DNA of 36,393 nucleotides from a virus, in the UHGV virus genome UHGV-0268593. One strand, 5' to 3'. Shown here in pieces: positions 36,142 to 36,393 of this stretch. Both the position numbers and the translations under genes were made by a program. The stretch's first letter is position 1. Every line of letters begins with the position of its first letter. Under the pieces are notes generated by a model. It was not told the DNA's origin and did not search any database. It saw nothing but the letters and a program-made list of their open reading frames with translations.

Positions 36142-36393
36142 TTAATCTACCAACCACGCAATCTGTGAGCAGATATAGCCGTTATACTGCATCTGCACAT
36201 TGGCTCCACGAAAAAGTCCTACTTTTCCAGTTCCTGCACTAACTGGTGTCACGGAAATGAAAAAATCCGGATAGGTCTGCCCTCTGACTATTGCTGGTGC
36301 AAAAACATAATTTGCCGGACGGTCACTCGCCGCAAGATTAACGATTGTTCCGTCTGCTGCGGAACTGGTGTCCACAAGATTCAGGATTCTTAA
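36142..36393 (-). CDS. C-terminal part of a tail fiber-like protein; the N-terminus lies beyond the right edge
   Basis: The frame stays open from 36375 to 36393. It is in frame with the left-edge ORF if the sequence is circular. Confidence 0.45.
   Translation of the reverse strand, partial: LRILNLVDTSSAADGTIVNLAASDRPANYVFAPAIVRGQTYPDFFISVTPVSAGTGKVGLFRGANVQMQYNGYICSQIAWLVD

Larger units (their letters stand above)
1..36393. mobile_element. Temperate siphovirus genome (prophage or phage replicative form), apparently complete and circularly permuted
   Basis: The window holds a full set of lysogeny, replication/recombination, packaging, head, tail and lysis genes. Integrase and an att core are internal to the window. 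Confidence 0.85.

Overview
The window looks like an essentially complete temperate siphovirus genome from a Firmicutes/Clostridia-type host, with almost all genes on the minus strand. Reading high to low coordinate, the minus strand carries: a Cro-side early operon (small membrane proteins and a Cro-like HTH); a recombination/replication module (YqaJ exonuclease, DUF1351-like protein, RecT, two unknowns, RusA, a DnaD-like replisome organizer, DUF551, Lar); an AT-rich, low-coding tract; an ArpU/RinA-like late regulator; TerS and TerL; portal; a MuF-family minor head protein fused to an anthrax-lethal-factor-like zincin domain; an AT-rich anti-restriction moron (acidic protein, N6-adenine methyltransferase, single-TRD HsdS-like protein); a Prp-like protease; scaffold; major capsid; connector proteins; major tail protein; chaperones; a 1380-aa tape measure protein; Dit; and Tal. 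The right end holds small late proteins, an XkdX-like gene, holin and a GH25/CW_7/LysM endolysin. A plus-strand lysogeny module lies between the Cro side and the endolysin. It contains a cI-like repressor with a consensus sigma-A promoter, then an antisense mini-unit (65-aa HTH plus a 40-aa peptide), then a large DUF4041 coiled-coil protein with a C-terminal T5orf172/GIY-YIG-like domain, then a tyrosine integrase. An attP-like core that copies a tRNA/tmRNA 3' end follows, flanked by four ATGCAACACG arm-type repeats and a terminator. Because endolysin, att core and integrase are contiguous, and the ORFs truncated at the two window edges join in frame, this looks like the unintegrated, circularly permuted phage form rather than an integrated prophage. 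The most interesting candidates are the DUF4041/T5orf172 cassette with its own HTH and operator-like repeats, the MuF-zincin fusion, the anti-restriction set (MTase + S + acidic protein + Lar), and Prp-type cleavage motifs on three structural proteins. All family calls come from remembered motifs and were not searched against databases. Coordinates for sub-ORF features are hand-counted.
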